From an uncultured bacterium (GTDB taxonomy: Bacteria; Bacillota_I; Bacilli_A; RF39; UBA660), in the NCBI GenBank assembly GCA_949284575.1, contig CASDWO010000026.1:1-57671 (forward strand): a DNA stretch of 57,671 bases. The letters are read 5' to 3'. Shown piece by piece: positions 28,373-38,820 of this stretch. Numbering within the stretch: position 1 is the stretch's first letter; each line of letters opens with the position of its first letter. The translations under genes were made by a program, and so were the position numbers. Under the pieces are notes generated by a model. The model did no database searches. It was not told the DNA's origin and was given only the letters and a program-made list of their open reading frames with translations.

Positions 28373-30892
28373 ATGAAAAGTTTGCGTAAATATAAAAATG
28401 ACATTATTAGTGTTTTAACTTTAATTATTATTAGTTTTGTTATCGTTTTAATTCTTGTTAACTTTACTAATTTTTTTGGCTCTAAGAAAGACTGGCTTAG
28501 TCAACATATTATGTTTCCTGATTATTTAAGAAAATTATTCTATGATACAGGAGACTTTTTTCCTAACTTTGCTTTTAATCTTGGTGGAGGACAAAATATC
28601 TATAATATTTCTTATTATGGGCTTTTTAATCCTATTATTTTAATTTCTTATTTATTACCTTTTGTATCTATGATTACTTATATACAGTTTAGTATGATTA
28701 TATGTTTAATAGTAAGTATTGTTTTAATGTATTATTTTTTAAGAAGAAGATTTGATTCAAAGATAAGTTTTATTGGTACGTTATTATTTTTAACTGCAGG
28801 ATGTTTTATTTTCCATTTGCATCGCCATATTATGTTTGTAGATTATATGCCTTTTCTACTTATGGCTTTAATAGGTGTTGATAAGTATTTTGATAAGAAG
28901 AAAATATCTTTATTAGTTATATCTATTTTCTTAATGATTTTAACTAGTTATTACTTTAGTGTTGTAGGATTAGTTTGTGTCTTACTTTATGGTATTTTTA
29001 GATATATTGAAGATAAGAAAAATGAGAAAATTACTGTTAAAGATTTCTTTAAGGAAGGATTTAAGTTTATCTTTATAATGTTAATACCAGTTATTATGAG
29101 TTGTGTTTTATTACTTCCAACGCTTTATTCTTTACTTGATGGTAGGACTGCTACTAATAAGGATATTTCATTACTAGGATTACTTATTCCTAACTTTGAT
29201 ATTTCTAATACTTTATATTCTGCTTATTCTCTTGGATTAAGTGCTATCTTTATAATTGCTTTAATATATGGAATAGTAACTAAGAAAAAAGAAGTTAAAG
29301 TCATTAGTATAATCTTTAGTATTTTGTTAGTATTTCCTATTTTTGACTATATATTTAATGGAGGAATGTATCTAAATGGTAAAGCGTTTATACCAATGTT
29401 ACCTCTTGCTATCCTCATAATTGGTTATTTCCTTAAGAATGTTTTTAATAATAAAAAGTTAAAGATTAGTATTATTATCTCTTTAATAGTTGCAATTATT
29501 AATCTTCTTGTTTTTGTTTATAGAAATGAGTACTTGTGTTTATTATTTGTAGTTGATATGGTTCTTTTGGTTATTATTATTCTCATTAGCTTTAAGCTAG
29601 AGAAAAAATATGTACTTTATGTTTATCTTGTTATTATGTCTTTAGTCTTAGTTATTCCTACTAATTTTTCTGATATCTTTGTAACTAAAGAGTTTTATGA
29701 TACTTTAGATTATGAAGAGACTAGTGATAAGGTAAAACAAGTATTAGAGAATGATGATAGTTTTTATAGAATGAGTGATCAAAGTGTTAAGTTAGATAAA
29801 TCTAATTATATTTATGATGTAGATTACTATACAGGTAGTATTTATTCTTCTTTATCTAATTCTTATTATAAAGATTTCTATAATAATTTAATTAATAATG
29901 AGTTTATTTATAGGAGTTATGGAATGCTTACAGGTAATAATAATATTTTCTATAATTTTTATATGGGTAATAAGTATTTACTTAATAGTAGTAATGGAAT
30001 GATGGGATATGAGAAAATTTCTGATGATATTTATAGAAATGAAGATGTTCTACCTATTGGATACAGTACTAGTAAGATAATGAGTTTAGATGAGTATAAG
30101 AGTCTTAATTATTTTGAGAAGTTAGATGCTTATTTGAATTATGCTATTGTAGATGGGGATTATAGTGATAGTTATGTTAAGAAAGTAAAAGACTATGTTC
30201 CAGATTATAATGTTTTAGAAAGTAAGAATTTAAGTATAGAAGAGGATAATGGTAAATATTTTATTAAAGCTTCTAAAGATAATAAATTAGTTGTTAAATT
30301 AAATAATGTTAGTGATAATGATATTTTACTTTTAAGATTCAAGATGTTTTATGATAATAAGTGTAGTGAAGATGATTCTTATATTACTATTAATGGTGTT
30401 TCTAATAAATTAAGTTGTAGAAGATGGAAGTATCATAATAATAATTATAATTTTGAATATTCTTTGAGTAGAGATACTTTAGAAATTACTTTTAGTGAAG
30501 GTAAGTTTAGATTAACTGACTTTGATATGGCTTTATATGATTATAATGATTTAGTATCTATTAATGATGAAATATCTCCTTTTGTTATTGATAGAGATAA
30601 GACTAAAGGAGATGTTATAGAAGGTAATATTAATGTAAAAGATGATGGCTACTTTAAACTTTCTATTCCTTATGATAAAGGTTTTGAAATATATGTAGAT
30701 GATGTTAAAACTGATTATGAAGTTGTTAATAAGAGCTTTGTTGGTTTTGATATTAGTAAAGGTAGTCATAATATTAAAATAGTTTATACTTCTCCTTTAT
30801 TTAAAGAGGGATTAGTTATATCTTGTGTTGGTTTAGTGTTGTTTTTAGGAACTGTTGTTTATTATAGAAATAGAAAAAGAGAGAAAATATAG
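28373..30892 (+). CDS. YfhO family membrane glycosyltransferase-like protein
   Basis: 839 aa. About 13 N-terminal TM segments, a large extracytoplasmic C-domain and a final TM, which is the YfhO architecture. Confidence 0.75.
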   Translation: MKSLRKYKNDIISVLTLIIISFVIVLILVNFTNFFGSKKDWLSQHIMFPDYLRKLFYDTGDFFPNFAFNLGGGQNIYNISYYGLFNPIILISYLLPFVSMITYIQFSMIICLIVSIVLMYYFLRRRFDSKISFIGTLLFLTAGCFIFHLHRHIMFVDYMPFLLMALIGVDKYFDKKKISLLVISIFLMILTSYYFSVVGLVCVLLYGIFRYIEDKKNEKITVKDFFKEGFKFIFIMLIPVIMSCVLLLPTLYSLLDGRTATNKDISLLGLLIPNFDISNTLYSAYSLGLSAIFIIALIYGIVTKKKEVKVISIIFSILLVFPIFDYIFNGGMYLNGKAFIPMLPLAILIIGYFLKNVFNNKKLKISIIISLIVAIINLLVFVYRNEYLCLLFVVDMVLLVIIILISFKLEKKYVLYVYLVIMSLVLVIPTNFSDIFVTKEFYDTLDYEETSDKVKQVLENDDSFYRMSDQSVKLDKSNYIYDVDYYTGSIYSSLSNSYYKDFYNNLINNEFIYRSYGMLTGNNNIFYNFYMGNKYLLNSSNGMMGYEKISDDIYRNEDVLPIGYSTSKIMSLDEYKSLNYFEKLDAYLNYAIVDGDYSDSYVKKVKDYVPDYNVLESKNLSIEEDNGKYFIKASKDNKLVVKLNNVSDNDILLLRFKMFYDNKCSEDDSYITINGVSNKLSCRRWKYHNNNYNFEYSLSRDTLEITFSEGKFRLTDFDMALYDYNDLVSINDEISPFVIDRDKTKGDVIEGNINVKDDGYFKLSIPYDKGFEIYVDDVKTDYEVVNKSFVGFDISKGSHNIKIVYTSPLFKEGLVISCVGLVLFLGTVVYYRNRKREKI

Positions 30893-30985
30893 GCTCACTG
30901 TAAATAGAGCCCTATTTTTTATTAAAATTAAATTGCAAAAAGGGTGTTTGTGATATATAATAAGTAGTCAATTAGAGGAGGAACT

Positions 30986-31951
30986 ATGGAAACAGTAAGA
31001 TTTAGTGAAACACTTAATTTTGATGATGGAAGTATAGAAATTAAATATAAAGGTGTGTCTTTAAGAGAAGATAGTAATGAAAGTGAAGTAAGACGTATGC
31101 TGAGAGATTTTGTAGATAATCATAAGCACGATGATATGTTAAAAAATGTAACAATTTTAAGAACGATATTTAGAGATTATATGGAAGAATCACTTGATGT
31201 TTATTTTTGTGATAAAAATGGTAAAGAAGCAGTTAGGTATGATAATGTATGTGGAGTTAATGGATTTGGTTTTATAAAAGAAGTAAAGAGTGATGCTTCA
31301 TGTAAATATAAAATAAAATATGATTCTGTTTCAGGATTAGAAATAAAATGGTTTAATGAAGCAGGAAATATAAAAAAATATAGTGATGATTTAAGTGATA
31401 TTATGAAATATATTTCTAATTTATCTAATGTAGATCCTATCGTAATTAATGATAATGATAAAGCACTAATAGAAATATATAAGTTATTTTATAAAGAAAA
31501 TCCTGATTTTAGTAGTAAAGATATTAATGTTAAAGTACAAACTATGATGTCTATCTTGGCAGAATTTGGTATAACTTTAGATTGTGATTATTCTTTTTCT
31601 TTAATGACAAAATTAAAAATGCCATTTTCTTTAAAACTTGAAGAGATGGTTCAAAAAATGTATCCATTTGGTGTAGTTGATGAAGTTCAAGATAATATTA
31701 AGTTAGCAGAAGAACCTAAGAAAATAATTAGAATTGTTGGTGATAGTATAAGAGATGTAATTTCTTTAGAAGATGATATGAATGATGCTTTAATAACTAT
31801 TAGTAAGGTTATTTATGCAAGTAGCTATAATCTTTCATCTAATGCTGACATTAGTGAAATAGCAGAATTTACTAATCGTAGTGTTGATGATGTGGAAGCT
31901 AGTGTACAGTTAGTAAAACGTATTGAACATAAAATAAATAAAGATGATTAA
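30986..31951 (+). CDS. hypothetical protein
   Basis: 321 aa, acidic, no motif recognised. RBS agaggagg lies upstream. Confidence 0.6.
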   Translation: METVRFSETLNFDDGSIEIKYKGVSLREDSNESEVRRMLRDFVDNHKHDDMLKNVTILRTIFRDYMEESLDVYFCDKNGKEAVRYDNVCGVNGFGFIKEVKSDASCKYKIKYDSVSGLEIKWFNEAGNIKKYSDDLSDIMKYISNLSNVDPIVINDNDKALIEIYKLFYKENPDFSSKDINVKVQTMMSILAEFGITLDCDYSFSLMTKLKMPFSLKLEEMVQKMYPFGVVDEVQDNIKLAEEPKKIIRIVGDSIRDVISLEDDMNDALITISKVIYASSYNLSSNADISEIAEFTNRSVDDVEASVQLVKRIEHKINKDD

Positions 31952-31956
31952 TTTTT

Positions 31957-32175
31957 GTGTTGACGTTTATATACCCTATATAGTACACTATTGTTACAAG
32001 TTATTAACTAATTTTATGAAATTAGATGAAACTTGTAATTATAGCTTTATATAAAACATAATGTACGGTAGCGACTATCGGAATTTAAGCCTATGGAGAA
32101 TAGGGAATACTCTATCTATGAAGTAGGAATCCTTAGAGGTAACGACAAGGAGAAACAATTTATTTTGTTTTATGT
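31957..32175 (+). mobile_element. miniature paralogue (element C) of relic A: same promoter-like 5' module, 88-nt core and hairpin
   Basis: TTGACG, an 18-nt spacer with a tatata-ccc-tatata hairpin, then TACACT (31960-31989) aligns with 11485-11514. The core at 32063-32150 is 85/88 identical to 11852-11939. The hairpin aaacaa/ttgttt shows a compensatory T:A to C:G change. Confidence 0.55.
32063..32150 (+). repeat. 88-nt conserved core, copy 2
   Basis: Direct sequence comparison with 11852-11939 shows 3 substitutions. Confidence 0.85.
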
Positions 32176-32314
32176 TCAGCGAGAAAAAAATGTTAAATCA
32201 TTTTTGCAAGGGGCCTATGGAATTCTGTGGGGCCCTATTTTTCTTTTGTAATAAATAATATTTGTTATAGACTTAAATCTTTTGCTTTGATAAAATGTTA
32301 ATGGAGATGATTTG

Positions 32315-33319
32315 ATGGAATTTATTGATAGAATAAAAGAGAGAGTTAAATATGATTTTAAGAAAATAGTTTTACCTGAATCTAATGATGTTAGAGTGTT
32401 AGAGGCTGCTTCTATTATAAAAAAAGAAGCTTTCGCTGATATTATTTTAGTAGGTAAAGAAAGTGAAATAGGAAGTCTTGCTAAAGATAATAATATTGAT
32501 ATTAATGGGGTTACTATTATTGATCCTCTGACTTTTAGTGATAGGGAAAAGTTAGTTAATGATTATTATGAACTTAGAAAGCATAAAGGTATTAGTTTAG
32601 AGCAAGCTAAAGATACTATTTTAAATGATTATGTTTATTTTGCTAATATGTTAGTTAAAGATGGATATGCTGATGGTGTTGTATCTGGAGCGTGTCACAG
32701 TAGTGCTGATACTTTAAGACCTGCTTTACAGATAATTAAGACTAATAAAGATACAAAAGTTGCTTCTGCTTTCTTTTTAATGGTTGTTCCTGATTGTGAA
32801 TATGGTTCTAATGGGGTATTTGTTTATTCTGATTGTGGAATGATTCAAAATCCTAGTAGTGAAGAGTTAGTTGAGATTGGAAAAGCAAGTGCTAATACAT
32901 TTAGATTATTAGTAGAAGAAGAACCTAATGTAGCTTTCCTTTCTCATTCTACTTTTGGATCTTCTAAATGTAGTGATGTTGATAAAGTTGTTAGAGCAGT
33001 AGAGATGGCTAGAAAAGAATATCCTGATATTAATTTAGATGGAGAGTTACAATTTGATGCTGCTGTAGTTCCTCTTGTTGCTAAGAGTAAAGCACCTAAT
33101 AGTAGTGTAGCAGGTAAAGCCAATGTTTTAATCTTTCCAGATTTAGATGCAGGGAACATTGGTTATAAGATTACAGAAAGACTTGCTAAAGCGAAAGCAT
33201 ATGGCCCTGTTACACAAGGACTTGCTAAACCTGTTAATGATTTGTCACGTGGATGTAATGCTAATGATATAGTAGGTGTTGTTGCTATAACTGCTTTACA
33301 AGCATTGAATAGTAAGTAG
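32315..33319 (+). CDS. pta: phosphate acetyltransferase
   Basis: Full-length PTA_PTB fold pattern with C-terminal GLAKPVNDLSRGC. ATG 32315 lies 8 nt after ggag. Confidence 0.93.
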   Translation: MEFIDRIKERVKYDFKKIVLPESNDVRVLEAASIIKKEAFADIILVGKESEIGSLAKDNNIDINGVTIIDPLTFSDREKLVNDYYELRKHKGISLEQAKDTILNDYVYFANMLVKDGYADGVVSGACHSSADTLRPALQIIKTNKDTKVASAFFLMVVPDCEYGSNGVFVYSDCGMIQNPSSEELVEIGKASANTFRLLVEEEPNVAFLSHSTFGSSKCSDVDKVVRAVEMARKEYPDINLDGELQFDAAVVPLVAKSKAPNSSVAGKANVLIFPDLDAGNIGYKITERLAKAKAYGPVTQGLAKPVNDLSRGCNANDIVGVVAITALQALNSK

Positions 33320-33326
33320 GTGAGGT

Positions 33327-34079
33327 ATGAAGATAGTATCTTTTAATGTGGCAGGTTTTAGAGCTTGTTTAAAGAAAGGCTTTGAAGACTTCTTTAAAGA
33401 AAGTAATGCTGATATTTATTGTTTACAAGAAGTTAAAGCGATAGAGAGTGAGATTTCTTTTAGACCAGATGAGTATAACTTTTATTTAAATACTGCCGAT
33501 AAGAAAGGTTATTCTGGAGTAGCAGTTTATTCTAGAGTTAAACCTCTTGATGTAGCATATGGAATAGATGTTGATATACATGACCATGAAGGTAGGGTAA
33601 TTACTCTTGAATATGATGATTTCTTCCTAGTTTGTGTATATGTTCCTAATGTCAAGAGAGACTTGTCAAGACTTGATTATCGTATGATTTGGGAAAAGGA
33701 TTTTCTTAAATATTTACAGAGTCTTGATAAGAAGAAACCTGTTATTGTTTGTGGAGACTTTAATGTTGCTCATAAAGAAATAGATCTTGCTAATCCTAAA
33801 GGTAATGTTGGTAATGCTGGTTTTACTATAGAAGAACGTGATGCTTTTACAAGACTACTAGATGGAGGCTTTACTGATGTTTACCGTTATCTATATAAAG
33901 ATAAAACTGATGCTTATACTTGGTGGAGTTATATGGGAAGAGCAAGAGAGAAGAATATTGGTTGGAGAATTGACTATTTTCTAGTGTCAAATAGATTTAT
34001 AAATAGTGTAAAGAATATGAAAATAGACAGTGATGTGTTTGGAAGTGATCACTGTCCTATAGAGTTAGAAGTTAAGTAA
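33327..34079 (+). CDS. xth: exodeoxyribonuclease III
   Basis: SFNVAG..., LQEVK, GDFNVAH, WWSY, RIDY and SDHCPI motifs of the ExoIII/APE family. Confidence 0.93.
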   Translation: MKIVSFNVAGFRACLKKGFEDFFKESNADIYCLQEVKAIESEISFRPDEYNFYLNTADKKGYSGVAVYSRVKPLDVAYGIDVDIHDHEGRVITLEYDDFFLVCVYVPNVKRDLSRLDYRMIWEKDFLKYLQSLDKKKPVIVCGDFNVAHKEIDLANPKGNVGNAGFTIEERDAFTRLLDGGFTDVYRYLYKDKTDAYTWWSYMGRAREKNIGWRIDYFLVSNRFINSVKNMKIDSDVFGSDHCPIELEVK

Positions 34080-34132
34080 AAATAATTTGTAATTAAATAT
34101 ATGCTATATTTTCCTTATGAGGAGGTTCGATT

Positions 34133-35053
34133 ATGGACAAAAAAGATTTTTTAAAAGAAAAGTATTTTAAAGAAAAGGCATTTGAGTTATTTCCAGAATG
34201 CTATTCTAAAGATTTAATGGTAAGTACTTCATTTCCAAATGCATTAACTATTTTGAATAAATATATTGCAGAATATTTTGAAAAGGGTGTGTTTAATCCG
34301 AACTCTTCAGAGTATGATGCAAGTAAAGTGACCGATATAGAAAATGCATATTATTTGGTAAAGAAGGAATATAATAGGGAAGATAATATTAGTTTTGAAT
34401 ACATTAATGTTGATGATTTATTTGAAGCTTATAATAGTCTTATTTCTAATATTGGAGATTATCATTTTATAGCACATAGAAAGAATAGTTATGGTGGAAA
34501 TCAAAATAAATCTAATAAGCAGATTTTATTAGAGATATCAATGTTATATCCAGTTTTACTTGATACTTTAGAAAAAATAGAAAAGTATTATAATGAAAAA
34601 TGTGATACTTTAGTTGCTGATGAAATTATTGAAAAAATAAGTTATTGGACTCGTTTGTTAGCAACGGTAGATGGTGATTTAGATGATGCGAAAGAGAAGT
34701 ATCATAAAGCTTGGACTTATTATAATAGAGGTTCTTATTTTTCACATGGATTTGAACCACAGTTTAGTTTAGGTGAATATAAAAAGAATTGGAAACTACG
34801 TAGAAATGAAGCTTGTAATAGTATTTATGAGTTTTATCAAGATGTTATGAAAATTAATAAAGCGATAGATTATGAGAGTTTTGATGTTGATGAAACTAGT
34901 TATAGTTTAGAAGTATCAGAGATAGAAGAACTTTATAATTATGCAATGGAAAATATTGTAACAGGTCCTAATTATTATTGTTATTTAACACCTAAAGAAC
35001 GTATAGAAGATACGAATGTTAATGTACTTAAGAAAGCTATCACGAAAATGTAG
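34133..35053 (+). CDS. hypothetical protein
   Basis: 306 aa. RBS gaggagg lies upstream. No motif recognised. Confidence 0.6.
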   Translation: MDKKDFLKEKYFKEKAFELFPECYSKDLMVSTSFPNALTILNKYIAEYFEKGVFNPNSSEYDASKVTDIENAYYLVKKEYNREDNISFEYINVDDLFEAYNSLISNIGDYHFIAHRKNSYGGNQNKSNKQILLEISMLYPVLLDTLEKIEKYYNEKCDTLVADEIIEKISYWTRLLATVDGDLDDAKEKYHKAWTYYNRGSYFSHGFEPQFSLGEYKKNWKLRRNEACNSIYEFYQDVMKINKAIDYESFDVDETSYSLEVSEIEELYNYAMENIVTGPNYYCYLTPKERIEDTNVNVLKKAITKM

Positions 35054-35111
35054 ATAGTTTTTCTTTTGGTGTGATATAATATATTTATATGTGCGAGAAA
35101 GTAGTGATGCT

Positions 35112-35822
35112 ATGGATCAAGAGAAAATTGGTAAATTTATAAAGAAACTTAGAAAAGATAATAACTTAACACAAGATGAACTTGCTAAAAAATTAGGAGT
35201 TACTTATCAAGCGGTTAGTAAATGGGAGAATGGTAAGAGTATTCCTGATATTGCTATCCTTAAAACTATTAGTGAGTTATTTAATGTAAATATAGATGAA
35301 CTATTAGAGGGAAGTGTTAAGAACAAGAAAAAATTAAATAAGAAAATATTTATTCCTATAACAATTTTAAGTATTTGTGTGGTTGGTATTTTTGTATTTT
35401 TTGTCGTACATAAAGAAACTTATGAGTTTAAAGTATTAGAGACTGATTCTAATGATTTTGATGTTAGTGGTGTTTTAGCTTTTTCTCCTGATAAGTCTTC
35501 TATTTATATATCTAGTATTAATTATAACAACAGTGATGATGATACAGAATATAAAAGCTTAAGTTGTAATCTTTATGATGTTAATGGTGATGCTAAGACA
35601 AAGATTAGTAGTTGTGAAAGTGAAAATAGTGATGTAGATACTCTTTCTGGTTTACTTAATAGTATTGATTTTACAGTGGATGATTATGCTAGTAGTTGTA
35701 AAATATTTAAAAATAACCAGTTAGTCTTAGAGATAAATGCTACTAGTCTTGATAATAAGACTATTACTTATGAAGTTCCTTTAAGTTTTGATGATGATTG
35801 TTTTGACTCAACTAATAGTTGA
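35112..35822 (+). CDS. XRE-family HTH protein with a TM segment and an extracytoplasmic C-domain
   Basis: IGKFIKKLRKDNNLTQDELAKKLGVTYQAVSKWENGKSIPD is a canonical Cro/C1 HTH. A TM (IFIPITILSICVVGIFVFFVV) follows. Confidence 0.85.
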   Translation: MDQEKIGKFIKKLRKDNNLTQDELAKKLGVTYQAVSKWENGKSIPDIAILKTISELFNVNIDELLEGSVKNKKKLNKKIFIPITILSICVVGIFVFFVVHKETYEFKVLETDSNDFDVSGVLAFSPDKSSIYISSINYNNSDDDTEYKSLSCNLYDVNGDAKTKISSCESENSDVDTLSGLLNSIDFTVDDYASSCKIFKNNQLVLEINATSLDNKTITYEVPLSFDDDCFDSTNS

Positions 35823-35895
35823 GTTTTTTCAACTGATGTTTTATTTACTTACTATAGTTTTATAATGTAAAATTAAGGTGAGTGGAGGAGATACT

Positions 35896-37845
35896 ATGAA
35901 GAAAAAGAAAATTGTTATAATAGTTGTAGTTATTATTTTAATACTTGTTATTGGATGTTTACTTGTTTTTAATAATTTAAGTACTAATAGTAAAGAAGTG
36001 AAAGTTGTTAGTAGTTTAATAGAAGAGGAAAGTAAATTAGAAGATGATTTTCCTACAGAGTTGAAAGATATTGATAATGCTGATGTAATTGTTAATCCTT
36101 ATGAGATTTCACCTTTAACAGCATTGATTATCTTTAAGACCGAGACATCCGTTAGTCCTAAAGTTACTATTGAAGGTGATGATAAACTTAGTACTTATGA
36201 ATATACTTTTGATGAAGGAACTGAACATTATTTACCTATATATGGTCTTTATCCTGATAGAGATAATACTATAGTTGTAGAATATGAGGATGTAAAAAAA
36301 GAATTTACAATTACTACTGAAGCCTTACCAGATGATTTTATTTTACCTACTTCTGTTGATGCTACTAAAGATGAGTTAACTAACGATTTGTATTTCTTTA
36401 CACCATCTAGTAATGGTTATACTTGTGCCTATGATGTAAATGGTGATGTAAGATGGTATTTAACTACTAATGCTATTTGGGAGATTAATAGACTTGATAA
36501 TGGCCATATGTTAGTTAGTACTGAAAGATTAGTTAATAGTCCTTATTATATGACTGGCTTATATGAGATGGATATGTTAGGTAAAATATATAAAGAGTAT
36601 AGTTTACCTGGTGGATATCATCATGATTATTTTGAGATGCCTAATGGTAATTTGTTAGTCGCTAGTGATGATTTTACTAGTGGTGATGGTACTGTTGAAG
36701 ATTATATTGTAGAACTTGATAGAGATACTGGTGAAGTTGTTAAGACTTTTGATTTAAAAGATATTTTAAATATGGAAGATGGTAAGAGTGAAAACTGGAT
36801 AGAGTATGATTGGTTCCATAATAATTCTGTTTGGTATGATGAAGAGTCTAATTCTATAACTTTATCTGGTAGACATCAAGATGCTGTTATTAATATAGAT
36901 TATGATAGTGGAGATTTAAACTGGATAATAGGAGATCCTACTAATTGGAGCGAAGAATATCAGAAGTATTTCTTTACACCAGTGGGAGATGATTTTGAAT
37001 GGCAATGGAGTCAACATGCTGCGATGATTACTCCAGAAGGTTATGTATTTATCTTTGACAATGGTAATAATAAATCTAAAAAGGAAGATGAATATGTCCC
37101 TGCAGAAGACAGTTATTCTCGTGGTGTTATGTATAAGATAGATACAGATAAAATGACTATTGAACAAGTCTTTGAATATGGTAAAGAACGTGGTAGTGAG
37201 TTTTATTCTCCGTATATATCTGATGTTGATTATTTAGAAAGGGATCATTATATAATTCATTCTGGTGGTATAGTTTATGTAGATGGAAAGAATTCTAATC
37301 AACCGGCTGGAATCAGTGGTGCAGACCGTTTAGTTAGTGATACTGTTGAGTATAAAGATGGTGAAGTTATTTTTGAAATAGTTTTGCCTACTAATAATTA
37401 TCGAGTTGAAAAGATGAGTTTATATCCAGAAAATGAAAACTTTACTTTAGATAAGGCTGAAAGAGTTGGCAATTTAGGTAAGACTGAAGTTACTAAAAGT
37501 GAGTTAGGCTTTATCTTGAATAGTAAAGATTTTAAAGATATAGAAGAAGAACATAATATTAGTATTACTAAAGAAGTTGATAGATTAGTATTTACTGGTA
37601 AGTTTAAAAGAGGAGCTGATGTTAATGTTATTCTCTATAAAAGCGGAACTAAAAATATTTATAATGTTTCTATAAGCAAGAAGCCTTATACTGCTTTATG
37701 TGTTGATATATTTACAGAAGAAGAAACTAAGGAAGGTATTAGTGTTACTAAATATATAAATGAAGATGGCCTTAGTGGAAAATACTCTATTTATGTAGAA
37801 GTAGATGGTACTATTTATAATACTAATAGATATGTAGAGTTTTAA
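35896..37845 (+). CDS. arylsulfotransferase (ASST) family protein, membrane-anchored
   Basis: N-terminal TM. GGYHHDYFEMPNGN and DWFHNNS motifs typical of the ASST beta-propeller. ATG 35896 follows ggaggag. Confidence 0.75.
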   Translation: MKKKKIVIIVVVIILILVIGCLLVFNNLSTNSKEVKVVSSLIEEESKLEDDFPTELKDIDNADVIVNPYEISPLTALIIFKTETSVSPKVTIEGDDKLSTYEYTFDEGTEHYLPIYGLYPDRDNTIVVEYEDVKKEFTITTEALPDDFILPTSVDATKDELTNDLYFFTPSSNGYTCAYDVNGDVRWYLTTNAIWEINRLDNGHMLVSTERLVNSPYYMTGLYEMDMLGKIYKEYSLPGGYHHDYFEMPNGNLLVASDDFTSGDGTVEDYIVELDRDTGEVVKTFDLKDILNMEDGKSENWIEYDWFHNNSVWYDEESNSITLSGRHQDAVINIDYDSGDLNWIIGDPTNWSEEYQKYFFTPVGDDFEWQWSQHAAMITPEGYVFIFDNGNNKSKKEDEYVPAEDSYSRGVMYKIDTDKMTIEQVFEYGKERGSEFYSPYISDVDYLERDHYIIHSGGIVYVDGKNSNQPAGISGADRLVSDTVEYKDGEVIFEIVLPTNNYRVEKMSLYPENENFTLDKAERVGNLGKTEVTKSELGFILNSKDFKDIEEEHNISITKEVDRLVFTGKFKRGADVNVILYKSGTKNIYNVSISKKPYTALCVDIFTEEETKEGISVTKYINEDGLSGKYSIYVEVDGTIYNTNRYVEF

Positions 37846-37926
37846 AGTGCACTTTTAGACAGTGCATTTTTCTTCTATATTTATATATTTTATGATAAAA
37901 TAGTCATATAAAGAGAGGAAGATTAT

Positions 37927-38451
37927 ATGAATGATATGTTAAATTTATATAGAGCTGATAATATTTGGCCTTATATTATTGGCCAAAATCAATTTATTGG
38001 GACTGATGTTGAGAAACAATATTTTGGTGCTGCAAAGAAATTTGGCGAATTATGTTCTGTTGAGGTTATGAATTATGCTACAAGTGATCCTCAAAATAGA
38101 CCTCTTGAACCAAAATTTGTTGAAACTTATAATCAATTAACAAAAGCATTTATTAATTGTATTTCGGATGGTAGAAAAATTTCTTTATCCGAAATTGGTA
38201 ATGCTATAAGATTAGTTGGAGATTATAATGAAGCGATTGGAGCTATTTGTTATGGGGATATATCTAATATTGGAATAAGTTATGGGCCTAATAGCTCAAT
38301 GCGGTTGGAGGAGTATCTTAGTGAAGAAAATAGAACAAAGATTGTTACACAATATGTAACATGTTTAAATGCTTTAAGAAATACTTATGGTGATGTTTCT
38401 TTAAGAAATGAATTATTTAAGTCTAATAACGAATCGGTTAAGATAAAATAG
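37927..38451 (+). CDS. hypothetical protein
   Basis: 174 aa. RBS agagagga lies upstream. Confidence 0.55.
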   Translation: MNDMLNLYRADNIWPYIIGQNQFIGTDVEKQYFGAAKKFGELCSVEVMNYATSDPQNRPLEPKFVETYNQLTKAFINCISDGRKISLSEIGNAIRLVGDYNEAIGAICYGDISNIGISYGPNSSMRLEEYLSEENRTKIVTQYVTCLNALRNTYGDVSLRNELFKSNNESVKIK

Positions 38452-38467
38452 TTTATAGAAATTATTT

Positions 38468-38677
38468 GTGCAAATAAAGATAGAAAAACAAGTAATAAAT
38501 TATAAAAAAGGACATGCTTTTGAAAATGCTGAAGAAAGAAATAGACAAGCTATTAAACAGATTCATAAATATTTAAAAGAAATGAAAGATAATAGTATTG
38601 TTCCTAGTTATGAAGCTAGTAAGTTTATACCTAGGTCTAAAGTATTAAGAAAAAAATTACAAGATAAATTTGCATAA
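38468..38677 (+). CDS. hypothetical small basic protein
   Basis: 69 aa with a GTG start. Its stop lies in the first bases of repeat A. Weak call. Confidence 0.35.
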   Translation: MQIKIEKQVINYKKGHAFENAEERNRQAIKQIHKYLKEMKDNSIVPSYEASKFIPRSKVLRKKLQDKFA

Positions 38678-38704
38678 ATGTAATAATTATGATATGATGT
38701 ATAT

Positions 38705-38820
38705 GTAAGAAAAAATTTTCATACAATATAAAAAGAGGAACAATTCAATTCGTCAAGTGAATGTCTCCTCAAAAAAATGGGTTTGACACTCTAGTCATGA
38801 TGATTAGAGTGTCGTTTTTA
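38705..38820 (+). ncRNA. candidate antitoxin sRNA, copy A
   Basis: Promoter TTGCAT (38670-75), 17 nt, TATGAT (38693-98). Internal long hairpin gagga..attca/tgaat..tcctc. Terminator gacactcta/tagagtgtc followed by T5 (38785-38820). It is convergent with the toxin ORF and overlaps its 3' end. Confidence 0.55.

Noticed and set aside
32061-32126. 21-codon ORF (MYGSDYRNLSLWRIGNTLSMK) inside the 88-nt conserved core
   Set aside because: There is no RBS. The ATG is absent in the other copy (11852-11939), where the frame has no start. Conservation is better explained at the RNA/DNA level.
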